Shown here: positions 40,191-51,088 of the stretch, piece after piece
Numbering within the stretch: position 1 is the first letter of the stretch
How the letters are laid out: each line of letters begins with the position of its first letter
From: Candidatus Nomurabacteria bacterium GW2011_GWD2_36_14
GTDB lineage: Bacteria > Patescibacteriota > Minisyncoccia > Phycocordibacterales > UBA9973
Direction of reading: 5' to 3'
DNA: 64,000 nt
Assembly: GCA_000991405.1 (NCBI GenBank)
Contig: LBRL01000002.1
Location: 7,583-71,582 of the forward strand
The notes under the pieces: model-generated
The model's input: only the letters and a program-made list of their open reading frames with translations
Databases searched by the model: none
What the model was told of the DNA's origin: nothing
Translations under genes and position numbers: made by a program

Positions 40191-41480
40191 ATGAACAGAG
40201 CTTCGCTTATCGTATTTGGAGACTTTATATCATTCCTTATATCTTTTATATTGCTTATACTTATACGCTTTCATAAGGGAGACTATGCTTGGGCTATTAG
40301 CACTCACACCCTTCCTTTCATCATCCTCTACTTAGTCTGGGTACTTATCTTCTATGTCTTCGGACTCTATGACCTGATCAATATCAAACCAACTATTCCC
40401 TATTTGAAGAAGTGGATACTGGCTTTGTGCTCTTCTTTCGTTGTCGGACTGCTCCTCTTCTACTTTGTGCAAATATTTGGAATCTCTCCGAAGGTAAACT
40501 TATTCATCCAGGTCGCTTTGTTTGGATTCTTCTCATTCTTGTTCCGTAGAGTTATCTATACTCTCTTCTCCAAGGCTATCACCGTCCCTGCTGTCCTTGT
40601 CGGGAGTTCTCCTTATCTCGTAGAACTCGAGAAGACTATCATGAGTAATCCTCAGATAGGACTAGCTGTCATAGACCAGTACAACAGTACTAATGAGATC
40701 ACAGAAGAAGTGAGCAATATGAAGAATCTAGTAATTATCCTAGATAAGAATAAAGATGAATCTGATGAAAACATTCTCCGTCTATACAAGAAGGGTGTGG
40801 AGATTATTGATACCGCTAAAGCTTATGAGAAGTACTTATTCAAGATTCCTGTCGCCTACATCGACATATCTTTCATTGTCGAACATATAAATATAAAGAA
40901 GGATGTATTTTATAAAGTCATTACTTTTATAACAGAAAAAGTATTTGCTCTAATGATACTTGTTCTCTCTTCGCCACTCCTCGTAATAAGTGCAATACTT
41001 ATATATGCTTATGATAAAGGACCAATATTGTATACACATGAAAGAGTGGGCCTAAATGGAAAATTATTCAAAATTTACAAACTCAGATCAATGATAACAA
41101 ACTCAGAACAAAACGGAGCAAGATGGACTGAGAAGAACGACCCGAGGATTACTCCTATTGGAAAAATTACACGAAAATTACATATAGATGAAATACCACA
41201 AATGATAAGTATTCTAAAGGGAGACATGTCTCTGGTGGGTCCTAGGCCAGAGAGACCAGAGTTCGTGACTCCACTAGAGAATACTATCCCCCACTACAAT
41301 CTTCGCCATATTATCCGCCCCGGATTCACAGGCTGGGCTCAAATAAAGTACCACTATACAAATACAGTTGAAGAAGCAAAAGATAAATTTGAATACGATC
41401 TATACTATATAAAGAATAGGAATATCTTCCTTGATTTCGGAATTATGCTCCGAACAATACAAATAATATTTACACATTAA
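40191..41480 (+). CDS. Undecaprenyl-phosphate glycosyl-1-phosphate transferase (WcaJ/WbaP-like priming enzyme)
   Basis: KLRSM, DPRIT, DEIPQ, GDMSLVGPRPERP, PGFTGWAQ; start follows TGCTAGAAT. Confidence 0.92.
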   Translation: MNRASLIVFGDFISFLISFILLILIRFHKGDYAWAISTHTLPFIILYLVWVLIFYVFGLYDLINIKPTIPYLKKWILALCSSFVVGLLLFYFVQIFGISPKVNLFIQVALFGFFSFLFRRVIYTLFSKAITVPAVLVGSSPYLVELEKTIMSNPQIGLAVIDQYNSTNEITEEVSNMKNLVIILDKNKDESDENILRLYKKGVEIIDTAKAYEKYLFKIPVAYIDISFIVEHINIKKDVFYKVITFITEKVFALMILVLSSPLLVISAILIYAYDKGPILYTHERVGLNGKLFKIYKLRSMITNSEQNGARWTEKNDPRITPIGKITRKLHIDEIPQMISILKGDMSLVGPRPERPEFVTPLENTIPHYNLRHIIRPGFTGWAQIKYHYTNTVEEAKDKFEYDLYYIKNRNIFLDFGIMLRTIQIIFTH

Positions 41481-41481
41481 A

Positions 41482-42351
41482 ATGAAAAAAGAAACTAAAA
41501 AAATTATAGGGTTCACTTGCGGAGCATTTGATATAACTCATGCGGGACATTACCTTATGTTTGAAGAATGTAAGAAGAAGTGCAACTTTCTCGTAGTTGG
41601 ACTCCAGACTGATCCATCTATAGATAGAGAATACAAAAACAAACCTGTACAATCATTAAAGGAACGTCTTATACAGCTTAAGGCTTGTAAATATATAGAC
41701 AAGGTTATCATTTATAAAACCGAAAAAGATTTATATAATCTATTAAAAAAGTTAAACCCAGATATTCGTTTTATGGGAATAGACTGGAAAAATAAACCAA
41801 ATTACTCTAGAGACTTACTTCCTAATATGAAAGTCATTTATAACAAACGTGATCACAACTACTCATCAAGTAATTTAAGAGAAAGAATAATTGATAACGG
41901 TCATGTAAAACGTATAGAGAAGAAGGTGTTTGTTTCTGGATGCTACGATATACTACACGGAGGACATATAGAATTCTTCAATCAAGCCAAGAGCTTGGGA
42001 GACTATTTGATTGTTTCTTTCGCTTCAGAAAAAACACTAGAGAAATACAAGAATAAGAAGTCTTCCATACCTGAAACACATAAAAGAAAAATTTTAGAAT
42101 CCTTAAATATGGTGGATGAAGTAGTAATGGGAGATAACCTAGACGAAGTAGGTCTAGATTTTAAAAATCACTTCTTAAGAATCAAACCTGATATATTGGC
42201 CGTCACAGAAGATGATAAATTTGGAGAACAAAAGATTGCCCTTTGTAAAAGCATCGGTGCAAAATATATTGTATTACCTAAAAATTTAGATTTTGATAAA
42301 ACTTCTACAACGGAGATAATAAAGAAAATTAAAAATGGAAATATGATTTAG
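41482..42351 (+). CDS. Tandem double cytidylyltransferase (TagD/RfaE-like x2)
   Basis: Two HxGH domains (FDITHAGH; YDILHGGH), each closed by an SSS/STT motif. Confidence 0.85.
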   Translation: MKKETKKIIGFTCGAFDITHAGHYLMFEECKKKCNFLVVGLQTDPSIDREYKNKPVQSLKERLIQLKACKYIDKVIIYKTEKDLYNLLKKLNPDIRFMGIDWKNKPNYSRDLLPNMKVIYNKRDHNYSSSNLRERIIDNGHVKRIEKKVFVSGCYDILHGGHIEFFNQAKSLGDYLIVSFASEKTLEKYKNKKSSIPETHKRKILESLNMVDEVVMGDNLDEVGLDFKNHFLRIKPDILAVTEDDKFGEQKIALCKSIGAKYIVLPKNLDFDKTSTTEIIKKIKNGNMI

Positions 42352-42390
42352 AATCAAACCTTATACTAAAAAAATTATTAATAAATTTAT

Positions 42391-42417
42391 TACCCCACAG
42401 GCCTTGCCTGTGGGGTA
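42391..42417. repeat. REP palindrome downstream of RAYT
   Basis: TACCCCACAGGC-CTT-GCCTGTGGGGTA. Confidence 0.9.
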
Positions 42418-42423
42418 ATATTA

Positions 42424-43074
42424 TTATTCTTTGAAAGATAACCATTCAAAAATTTCTTTATTAAATATAGCTTTAGTTGGGAAATAAGAAGGAAATGCTT
42501 CTCTATTAAGAAGATGTTTTTCATTTCTGTTCTCACCCATATAATCTAAATAACTTGAGTATTTATATTTACCGAGAAAGTCTATGGCTGATTTTTTATC
42601 CCCTATCCCTTTTTCTTTCCAATCTTTCTTTATAATTTTTATCGGGTTTAAGTGAACATATGAGAACAAATATTTTAAATATCTATCGTTATTTGCATAT
42701 TCAGACTTGAATTTACCTTGAAATAAAGAACCTGTCTTTTGATATTTTGTATTGTAATACATGGAATATGCAGTCGATAACTTTTGCATAAATTTACTAA
42801 CACCACCCTCTTCTATTTCAGTCAGCACCAAATGAAAATGATTCGGCATTAAACAATATGCACCTATATAAACAAGTAAATTTTCACGATCAAAGTCAAA
42901 TATATTTTTCGAAATATCGCGAATTTTAATATTACGTTTTGAGTTTGATAAATACAATAATTTAATAAAATGATTGTGATCACCATTGTCGTGGAAAATG
43001 ATTCTTTTATCATTCCCTCTATTGTATATATGATAATACTCACCTGGAGCAAATTTTACTTTTCTTATGGACAT
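42424..43074 (-). mobile_element. REP-associated tyrosine transposase (RAYT, Y1 HUH)
   Basis: YHIYNRG, YCLMPNHFHL (HUH), GSLFQGKFK, YVHLNP, YSSY; flanked by inverted palindromes. Confidence 0.9.
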
Positions 43075-43097
43075 ACAAGTATATTATATTACTTCAC

Positions 43098-43124
43098 TAC
43101 CCCACAGGCAAGGCCTGTGGGGTA
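43098..43124. repeat. REP palindrome upstream of RAYT (opposite orientation)
   Basis: TACCCCACAGGC-AAG-GCCTGTGGGGTA. Confidence 0.9.
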
Positions 43125-43167
43125 TATTTGGATTGAGGAAATCACTAAAAAGTGCTAATATAAATGA

Positions 43168-43995
43168 ATGAGCAATTCTCATACAACCGTTATAAAACCA
43201 AAGAAAATCTTCAGCTTTTCTAGTCTAAGTGAAGTCTGGGAGTATAGAGAATTACTTTATTTCTTTACATGGCGAGACTTAAAAGTCCGCTATAAGCAGA
43301 CGGCGATAGGTGCTCTCTGGGCAATATTCCAACCATTTATTACTATGGTTGTTTTCTCTGTGTTCTTTGGAGGATTGCTAAAAATACCTTCGGATGGAGT
43401 ACCTTACCCTATATTTGTTTATACAGGACTCCTCTTCTGGCAATTCTTCTCAAGTGCACTTTCTGATACAAGCAACGTACTCATCACCAACCAAGCAATC
43501 ATTACCAAAGTCTACTTCCCTCGTCTTATACTTCCACTCTCTTCAGTCATGACAAAGTTCATAGACTTTGGAATTGCAGCGGTCATACTTGTCGGTATGA
43601 TGTTCTACTATAACTACACACCACACCTCGTAGGACTCCTCATCATTCCCCTACTTCTAATTATTACTTTTATGGTTTCTACAGGACTTGGACTTTTCCT
43701 TGCGTCTATCAATGTAAAGTATAGAGACGTGCGATATGCTCTACCATTCTTCATTCAGATACTTATGTTCGTTACTCCTGTTATCTACCCTGCTTCTATC
43801 GCGGGTAAATACTCTTGGATTCTTGCCTTAAACCCTATGATGGGAGTCATCCAGAGTGCAAGAGCGGCATTACTCGGGACAACGGTTCTAAACTGGACAC
43901 TAGTTTCTATCTCACTACTTGCAACATTTATTCTAATGTTAATAGGTATTTATACATTTAAAAAGACTGAGCGTTACTTCGCCGACATAATTTAA
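43168..43995 (+). CDS. wzm: Polysaccharide ABC exporter permease (Wzm)
   Basis: RDLKVRYKQT..G.LWA, KVYFPR, TPVIYP, NPM. Confidence 0.92.
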   Translation: MSNSHTTVIKPKKIFSFSSLSEVWEYRELLYFFTWRDLKVRYKQTAIGALWAIFQPFITMVVFSVFFGGLLKIPSDGVPYPIFVYTGLLFWQFFSSALSDTSNVLITNQAIITKVYFPRLILPLSSVMTKFIDFGIAAVILVGMMFYYNYTPHLVGLLIIPLLLIITFMVSTGLGLFLASINVKYRDVRYALPFFIQILMFVTPVIYPASIAGKYSWILALNPMMGVIQSARAALLGTTVLNWTLVSISLLATFILMLIGIYTFKKTERYFADII

Positions 43996-44004
43996 AATTA
44001 ATAC

Positions 44005-45264
44005 ATGAAAAACTCACCTATAATTACAGTAAAAAATATAAGTAAGAAATATAATATAAACCATCAACAAGGTGGCTATATAGCTCTTCGAGATGTAATT
44101 ACAAATATTTTTAAAAATCCATTTACATTTTTGAAAACAAAAACCAAAGAAGTTTTAGGTATAGAAACAAAAGAAGAATTCTGGGCACTTAAAGATATAA
44201 ACTTCGAAATTATGAAGGGTGAAGTCATAGGTATTGTCGGTAGAAATGGTGCCGGCAAATCAACATTACTTAAAATCCTCTCCCAGATCACTCCCCCAAC
44301 CACCGGAGAGATCCGTATAAACGGCACAGTAGGAAGTTTACTTGAAGTAGGTACAGGCTTCCACCCAGAACTAACAGGCAGAGAGAATATTTTCCTCAAT
44401 GGAGCTATTCTTGGAATGAAAAAGAAAGATATTGTCAGAAAATTTGATGAGATAGTAAAATTCGCTGATATAGAAAAGTTCCTAGATACTCCAGTCAAAT
44501 ACTACTCAAGTGGTATGTACGTACGTCTCGCCTTCTCCGTAGCAGCCCACATGGAGACAGACATCCTCATCATAGACGAAGTCCTAGCTGTTGGTGATGC
44601 AGAATTTCAAAAAAAGTGCTTAGGAAAAATGAATGAAATAACAAAAGAAGAAGGGAGGACAATTCTTTTTGTAAGTCATAATATGGGATCTGTAAAACAA
44701 CTTTGTAATAAAACAATTCTATTATCAAATGGTAAAATTATTGATTTTGGAGAAACTGAAAATATTACAGAAAAATATCTCTCTCTGTCAAAAGAAACTA
44801 CTTCAGAAAAATGGGAAAATAAAGGAAATGAATTTAATAATGAATATTTTAAACCCGAAAAGTTTTATATATCAAAAGAAAAAGATGATAGCTTATGGGT
44901 AAACATAGAAACGACTATCAATAAGCTAGATGAGTCCCTCACGGTAGGATATGCTTTATATTCAGAAGATAATACCTTGCTCTATTGGTCTTATCAGACA
45001 GATTCGAAAGAATCAGACTGGCCAGAATTAAATATTGGAAACAATAAAATAAAAAGTAAATTACCGACAGAAATATTTAATAGTGGAATTTATAAAATTG
45101 AATTAATTGCTAGTTTATATTTTAAAGAATGGATAATTTCACCAAATAATATTAATCCTACAATATTTTTTAATTTTTCAAAAAAATTTAATGAATCAAA
45201 GTATTGGGTACAAAAAAGACCTGGAATTATAACACCTAATAATCAATGGAAAATAATAAAATGA
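44005..45264 (+). CDS. wzt: Polysaccharide ABC exporter ATPase (Wzt) with C-terminal domain
   Basis: GRNGAGKST, YSSGM, DEVLAVGD. Confidence 0.93.
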   Translation: MKNSPIITVKNISKKYNINHQQGGYIALRDVITNIFKNPFTFLKTKTKEVLGIETKEEFWALKDINFEIMKGEVIGIVGRNGAGKSTLLKILSQITPPTTGEIRINGTVGSLLEVGTGFHPELTGRENIFLNGAILGMKKKDIVRKFDEIVKFADIEKFLDTPVKYYSSGMYVRLAFSVAAHMETDILIIDEVLAVGDAEFQKKCLGKMNEITKEEGRTILFVSHNMGSVKQLCNKTILLSNGKIIDFGETENITEKYLSLSKETTSEKWENKGNEFNNEYFKPEKFYISKEKDDSLWVNIETTINKLDESLTVGYALYSEDNTLLYWSYQTDSKESDWPELNIGNNKIKSKLPTEIFNSGIYKIELIASLYFKEWIISPNNINPTIFFNFSKKFNESKYWVQKRPGIITPNNQWKIIK

Positions 45265-46013
45265 ATCTAAGAAAAATGACCCCATCATTTATAAAAAAAT
45301 CTCTTAAATATATTTATTATTATATATTTTATATTAATGATTTTATAAAATTCAAAAGAGAATCAAGAAAAGAATCACGCTTCAGTATTGAATGGAAAGA
45401 TAGATACGTTCAACTTTTTGATAAAACAAAAGGTACTCCTTTTGATGCACATTATATTTATCACCCTGCATGGGCAGCTAGAATATTGACTAAAATAAAA
45501 CCTTCAAAACATATTGATATTTCATCTATCTTAAGTTTTTCAACAATTGTGTCAGCATTTATACCTGTAGAATTTTATGATTACAGGCCAGCTAATATTA
45601 AATTAAGTAATTTAACTTCAGGGAAAGCAGACCTTACTTCCCTTCCTTTTACAGACAACAGTATTGAGTCTCTTTCCTGTATGCATACAGTAGAACATAT
45701 AGGACTTGGAAGATATGGTGACCCTATTGATCCTGATGGTGATATTAAGGCAATGAAAGAATTATCACGAATTTTAGCAATAAATGGAAATTTCTTTTTT
45801 GTCACTCCAATTGGAAAACCAAAAATACAATTTAATGCTCATCGTATTTATTCATATAATCAAATCATTAGTTATTTCCAAGATCTAACATTGAAAGAAT
45901 TTTCAATGGTTCCAGATAACGGACTAGAAGAAGGTATAATAAAAAATGCTTCAAAAGAACTGGCAGATAGCCAAAAGTATGCTTGTGGCTTATTTTGGTT
46001 TACTAAAAATTAA
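45261..46013 (+). CDS. DUF268-like methyltransferase-fold protein
   Basis: HTVEHIGLGRYGDPIDPDGD, FNAHRIY; ATGA overlap with the wzt stop. Confidence 0.8.
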   Translation: MNLRKMTPSFIKKSLKYIYYYIFYINDFIKFKRESRKESRFSIEWKDRYVQLFDKTKGTPFDAHYIYHPAWAARILTKIKPSKHIDISSILSFSTIVSAFIPVEFYDYRPANIKLSNLTSGKADLTSLPFTDNSIESLSCMHTVEHIGLGRYGDPIDPDGDIKAMKELSRILAINGNFFFVTPIGKPKIQFNAHRIYSYNQIISYFQDLTLKEFSMVPDNGLEEGIIKNASKELADSQKYACGLFWFTKN

Positions 46014-46030
46014 TAAATAACATCAAAAAA

Positions 46031-46825
46031 ATGAAACAAATAATTTCAAATTTACTGACAAAAATAAAAGGCATTAAAAAATCTCAAAAATTTTTCGAGC
46101 GGCTTTTTAATCATTCACTTTCTGGAATGAATTATGGAAATGGTGGAGATTTTAAAAAAAGTGGTGAACTCAAAGTACTAGAATATGTAAAAGAAAAACT
46201 GATAGAAGAAGAAAAAATTATTATTTTTGATGGTGGAAGTAATATCGGAAATTATTCTAATATTTTATCTGACCTTTTTAAAAATAAAGCAAAAATTTAC
46301 TCTTTTGAACCTTCTAAAAAAACTTTTGAGAAATTTTTGGTAAATACAAAAGGAAAATCTAATATTATTGCTAATAATTTAGGATTAAGCGATAAAAAAA
46401 GTGAAAGATTATTATATACTAATACTAAAGATTCTGGTTTAGCATCGGTATATAATAGAAATTTAGAACATTTTAACATTTCCATGAATAAAAGTGAGAC
46501 AATACAATTATCTACAATTGATGATTATTGTAATATAAATAAAATAGAAAGAATACATTTTTTAAAATTAGATATTGAAGGCCATGAGTTAAATGCTATA
46601 ACAGGAGCACAAAATATGATTACTGCTGAAAAAATAAATTTTATCCAATTTGAGTTTGGTGGTTGTAATATTGATTCAAGAACATACTTTCAAGATTTTT
46701 TTTATAAACTAAAAGATAATTTTATTATTTATCGTATATTGAAAGATGGATTATTTGAGATATCAGAATATAAAGAAAATTTAGAAATTTTTATAACTGC
46801 TAACTATTTAGCTGAAAAAAAATGA
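46031..46825 (+). CDS. FkbM-family methyltransferase
   Basis: FDGGSNIG, SFEP, LKLDIEGHE. Confidence 0.88.
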   Translation: MKQIISNLLTKIKGIKKSQKFFERLFNHSLSGMNYGNGGDFKKSGELKVLEYVKEKLIEEEKIIIFDGGSNIGNYSNILSDLFKNKAKIYSFEPSKKTFEKFLVNTKGKSNIIANNLGLSDKKSERLLYTNTKDSGLASVYNRNLEHFNISMNKSETIQLSTIDDYCNINKIERIHFLKLDIEGHELNAITGAQNMITAEKINFIQFEFGGCNIDSRTYFQDFFYKLKDNFIIYRILKDGLFEISEYKENLEIFITANYLAEKK

Positions 46826-47637
46826 ATAATACCATCTCAGTAATAATACCAACATGGAATAGTGAGAAAACACTGGGGGCAACAATACAAAGTTGCTTGA
46901 ATCAAACATTGCCCCCTATGGAAATACTAGTTTGTGATGACGGGTCCACAGATAATAGCAAGGAAATTATAGAGCAAATAAATGACTCAAAGGTTGTATG
47001 GGTTCCCTCTCTACGCTCTGGTACTCCAGCAATCCCAAGAAATAATGGAATGAAAGTAAGTAATGGTGAATGGATAGCCTTCTGTGATAGTGACGATGAA
47101 TGGTTACCAACAAAGCTTGAAAAGCAAATACATTTAGCTGAAAAACTAAAATGTAAGGTAATGTGTACTAATGCTTTAATCAAAAAAAATAATATTGTTA
47201 CAAATAAAACAGTTTCTAATTGGAGTAAAAATAAGATTTCATTTAAAAACCTTCTACACAGTAATGAGATTGTGTGTAGCTCAACGTTGCTTCATAAATC
47301 GATTTATAACAAAATAGGAGGGTTTCCAGAAGAATTAAAATATAAAGGATTTGAAGATTATCTGTATTGGCTAAGAGTAACTACACAAACAAACGTTCTT
47401 TTCATGATGGAGCCTTTAGTAATATATGATGACCACCCAGAAACAAGTATAAGATCTCATCAGATACCAGATTCTGAAATAAAAAAATTATCTTTTTATA
47501 ACTTTACAGAATGGATAAATATAAATGAAAAAAATATAATTAAAACTATATATTTTAATTATTGTATTTATATATATAAAATAAAACAAAATATCTTGTC
47601 TAAAATAAAATATTTAATTAAATTAACCATAAAATGA
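46822..47637 (+). CDS. GT2 glycosyltransferase
   Basis: SVIIPTWN, DDGSTD, FCDSDD, EDY. Confidence 0.9.
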   Translation: MNNTISVIIPTWNSEKTLGATIQSCLNQTLPPMEILVCDDGSTDNSKEIIEQINDSKVVWVPSLRSGTPAIPRNNGMKVSNGEWIAFCDSDDEWLPTKLEKQIHLAEKLKCKVMCTNALIKKNNIVTNKTVSNWSKNKISFKNLLHSNEIVCSSTLLHKSIYNKIGGFPEELKYKGFEDYLYWLRVTTQTNVLFMMEPLVIYDDHPETSIRSHQIPDSEIKKLSFYNFTEWININEKNIIKTIYFNYCIYIYKIKQNILSKIKYLIKLTIK

Positions 47638-48425
47638 AAATAGGAATACTATACATATGCACAGGTAAATACTCAATCTTTTGGAAAGACTTTTATTTAA
47701 GTATGGAAGAAAAATTTATTAGTGATGTTGAAAAGCATTATTTCGTATTTACGGATAACCCGACTATAGATTTTGAAAATGAAAATCGAAGAATACATAG
47801 GATATACCAAAGAGACTTGGGGTGGCCTGACAATACCTTGATGCGTTTCAATACTTTTCTTCAAATAGAAGAAGAATTACTCAATATGGATTATCTTTTT
47901 TTCTTTAATGCTAATCTAATTATAAAAGAAAAAATTACTAGTGAGGAATTCTTACCTACGGGTAATGAGAACCTAGTTGCTACATTGCACCCTGGATTTT
48001 ATAATAAAAATAGAAAAAAATTCACATATGAAAATAATAGAAAATCAACAGCATTCATAAATAAAAATGAGGGTGAGCATTATTTTGCAGGAGGACTCAA
48101 TGGTGGAAAAACTGCTGATTTTATAGAGGCAATGAAAACCATGCGTGATAACGTAGATATTGATAAAAAAAATAATATCATAGCTAAATGGCACGATGAA
48201 TCACACTGGAATAAATACCTTATTAATAGATCAAATATAAAGATTCTTCCACCATCATACCTCTATCCTGAAGGATGGAAACTCCCCTTCCCCCCAATTA
48301 TCCTCATACGAGATAAGAATAAATATGGCGGACATGCTCTTTTAAGAAATGAAAAGGTAAATAAATTTAAAGTTTATTATAGTAAAATTAAAAATAAATT
48401 ATATAAAATAATTAAATTTAACTAG
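47634..48425 (+). CDS. GT6 family alpha-1,3-Gal(NAc) transferase (ABO-type)
   Basis: ICTGKY, YFVFTD, NAN in place of DXD, LHP, YFAGGLNGG, WHDESHWNKY. Confidence 0.9.
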   Translation: MKIGILYICTGKYSIFWKDFYLSMEEKFISDVEKHYFVFTDNPTIDFENENRRIHRIYQRDLGWPDNTLMRFNTFLQIEEELLNMDYLFFFNANLIIKEKITSEEFLPTGNENLVATLHPGFYNKNRKKFTYENNRKSTAFINKNEGEHYFAGGLNGGKTADFIEAMKTMRDNVDIDKKNNIIAKWHDESHWNKYLINRSNIKILPPSYLYPEGWKLPFPPIILIRDKNKYGGHALLRNEKVNKFKVYYSKIKNKLYKIIKFN

Positions 48426-48427
48426 AG

Positions 48428-49258
48428 CTACCAATTTTCTTTATAAAATTTAATTAGTCTATTGAGTGAAAACTTTATTGATGACTTCAAAATAAAACCA
48501 TATACTATTATTCTAACGTAAGCTCTAATTAATGCTCCGAAATAATTGGGGTATTTATTCTTATATTTTTTGGCTAAGTTTATATTTTTCTTGAATTGTT
48601 CTATCTTGTTTACCGAGCTTATACTTCCACCTCTTAAAGTAAACTTAACTGCATAGATAGGTAGATTGAGGAGCTTCCCTGCTGTCCCCAACTTTAGCCA
48701 TAAATCATAGTCTTCTATATGCTTGACTGCCGTATCTTCACCATATCCACCCAAGCTAAGAGCCAAATCCTTCCTAAACATGACACTAGAATGCACAAAA
48801 CAATTCTTTCCTAGTATCTTTTTCTTTATATCTTTATCTTTTTCTGGTAATAAATATCTAAATAATTCTAATCCACTCTCGTCTATAACTATTACTCCCG
48901 TGCCAACTAGTACATGATCTGGATTCTCATTTAAAAATTCAAATTGTTTCTGAAGTTTGTCTTTATCTATCCATTCATCGTCGTCATCTATACGAGCTAT
49001 ATACTCCCCCTTTGCTTCTCTCAGTCCTTTATTTAAAGTTTTCTGTATACCTAGATTCGCTTCATTTTTCAAATAAATAATTCTATTATCTTTGCTTGAA
49101 TACTCCACTATAATATCCTTAGTATTATCGACTGATCCATCATCAATAACTAGCAACTCCCAGCTAGAAAAACTCTGAGCTATTATGCTCTCGATAGCTC
49201 TTTTAATATATTTCTCACCATTATAAGTAGGAAGAATTATTGAAACAATTTTTTCCAT
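48428..49258 (-). CDS. GT2 glycosyltransferase
   Basis: SIILPTYNG, DDGS, ARIDDDD, EDYDLW. Confidence 0.9.
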   Translation of the reverse strand: MEKIVSIILPTYNGEKYIKRAIESIIAQSFSSWELLVIDDGSVDNTKDIIVEYSSKDNRIIYLKNEANLGIQKTLNKGLREAKGEYIARIDDDDEWIDKDKLQKQFEFLNENPDHVLVGTGVIVIDESGLELFRYLLPEKDKDIKKKILGKNCFVHSSVMFRKDLALSLGGYGEDTAVKHIEDYDLWLKLGTAGKLLNLPIYAVKFTLRGGSISSVNKIEQFKKNINLAKKYKNKYPNYFGALIRAYVRIIVYGFILKSSIKFSLNRLIKFYKENW

Positions 49259-49260
49259 AT

Positions 49261-50151
49261 TTATATCCTTATCCATCCACTAGGTATTAAATCATCACTA
49301 TTAATACTAGCATCTACAAACCATTGCTTTGGAACTATTACCACCTTGTCTTTATAATCAGCTAGCCATGCACCCCACCAAGAAAAAGAGCTATTGGGAA
49401 TTATGAAGTTGTGGCATGCAGACATAAGAGCCATGTGCCCTTCTGCCTTAGTACCTGCATATTCCTCTCCTACAAACATAGTAGGTAAATCAAACTTCAT
49501 ATTCCCTTCACACCACTTTACATCATCAGAAAATACATAAATCTTGTCTATATTTGTAAGACTTTTTATTCTCTCTATTCCTCTATCATAATAATCTTTG
49601 CCTACTACTTCATGATGAAAATTACCTACGTAGTCTCCCCTCCTCACATGAACACACAAAGAATTTTCCTTTTTTATAACTTCATTTAAATTCTCTATAT
49701 GTAAGGGTAATTTATTTTTAAACGTGAAGTCTTTGCGAATAATATCTTCAATGCTTTCAAAATATTTATAACTCTGCCACCATCCTTCAAGATATGCATC
49801 TGACCCAAGTTGTAAAATAGATGCATCAAAACTACAATTCATCTTTTCTTTTCCGGGCGTCGATATCAATTTACGACGAAAATAATCTATATATCTCATA
49901 AATATTCCAAGATTATGTTTTCTATATAAAAAAGGGATATCCTTCTTAGAAACAATTACTGCCTCTATGTTAAAAACATCCAGATCGTAATTTCTAAATG
50001 TAAAGTTTGCGAAGTTTGGTATGGGAGTACGATCCAGCAGAAAGGTCAGATCGAGCCCAAGTGGCACATTATTCTTCACAGAAAGAGCTCTTCCTAATGC
50101 GTACTGGAACATCTGATTACCAATCCCTCCTTGTAGCCGTGTGATTATCAT
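49261..50151 (-). CDS. GT11 alpha-1,2-fucosyltransferase
   Basis: [33 protein letters not shown]. Confidence 0.93.
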   Translation of the reverse strand: MIITRLQGGIGNQMFQYALGRALSVKNNVPLGLDLTFLLDRTPIPNFANFTFRNYDLDVFNIEAVIVSKKDIPFLYRKHNLGIFMRYIDYFRRKLISTPGKEKMNCSFDASILQLGSDAYLEGWWQSYKYFESIEDIIRKDFTFKNKLPLHIENLNEVIKKENSLCVHVRRGDYVGNFHHEVVGKDYYDRGIERIKSLTNIDKIYVFSDDVKWCEGNMKFDLPTMFVGEEYAGTKAEGHMALMSACHNFIIPNSSFSWWGAWLADYKDKVVIVPKQWFVDASINSDDLIPSGWIRI

Positions 50152-51080
50152 AAACTTACATTTTCTTTATACCATTTATAAGTTCTTTTTATTCCATCAG
50201 TTAGTCTTATTTTAGGACTCCAACCAAGTGATTTTATTTTAGAGATATCTAATAACTTTCTTGGTGTCCCATCTGGCTTAGATGAATCCCAGACAATCTG
50301 GCCTTTATATCCCACACATTCTTTTACTATATTAGCTAATTCTAAAATAGATAAATCCTCTCCTGTACCTATATTTATAATCTTAGGACTAGAATAATTA
50401 TTCATCAAGAATACGCAAGCAGAAGCAAGATCGTCAACATGTAAAAATTCTCTCTTGGGACTACCTGTACCCCACAGAACAACTTCTTTTAAATTATTTT
50501 TCTTTGCATCATCAAATTTTCTTATCATTGCTGGAAGTACATGAGAGCTCTCCAAGTCAAAATTATCATTCTCTCCATATAGATTTGTAGGCATGACACT
50601 TATCGCATCCATGCCATACTGCTTTGAATAAGATTGGCACATAATTATGCCAGCTATTTTAGCTATTGCATAAGGTTCATTCGTTGGTTCAAGAGCACCT
50701 GTCATAAAGTACTCTTCTCTTATAGGCTGTAATGCAAGCTTCGGATAAATGCAGGAACTTCCCAAAAAAAGCAACTTCTTCGCTTTTGACTTATAAGCAT
50801 TATCTATAATGTTTGTTTGTATTAAAATATTATCTTTTATAAAATCTGCTGGATATTTATCATTGGCAAATATACCTCCAACTTTAGCTGCTGCCAAAAA
50901 AATGTACTCTGGTTTTTCGCTCGTAAAGAACTTCTCTACTTCTACATATGAAGTCAGATCTAGATCTGATCTAGGTTTAGTCAGTAAATTTGAATACCCA
51001 GCCTCTTTTAGAGCTCTAACTATAGCCGAGCCCACTAGCCCATTATGTCCTGCAATATATATCTTTGAATTTTTGTTCAT
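50148..51080 (-). CDS. fcl: GDP-L-fucose synthase
   Basis: [34 protein letters not shown]. Confidence 0.96.
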   Translation of the reverse strand: MNKNSKIYIAGHNGLVGSAIVRALKEAGYSNLLTKPRSDLDLTSYVEVEKFFTSEKPEYIFLAAAKVGGIFANDKYPADFIKDNILIQTNIIDNAYKSKAKKLLFLGSSCIYPKLALQPIREEYFMTGALEPTNEPYAIAKIAGIIMCQSYSKQYGMDAISVMPTNLYGENDNFDLESSHVLPAMIRKFDDAKKNNLKEVVLWGTGSPKREFLHVDDLASACVFLMNNYSSPKIINIGTGEDLSILELANIVKECVGYKGQIVWDSSKPDGTPRKLLDISKIKSLGWSPKIRLTDGIKRTYKWYKENVSL

Positions 51081-51088
51081 ATTTATAT

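Noticed and set aside
42424-43074. Autonomous IS200/IS605 element with TnpB
   Set aside because: No tnpB is present; protein length, motifs and inverted flanking palindromes fit RAYT better.
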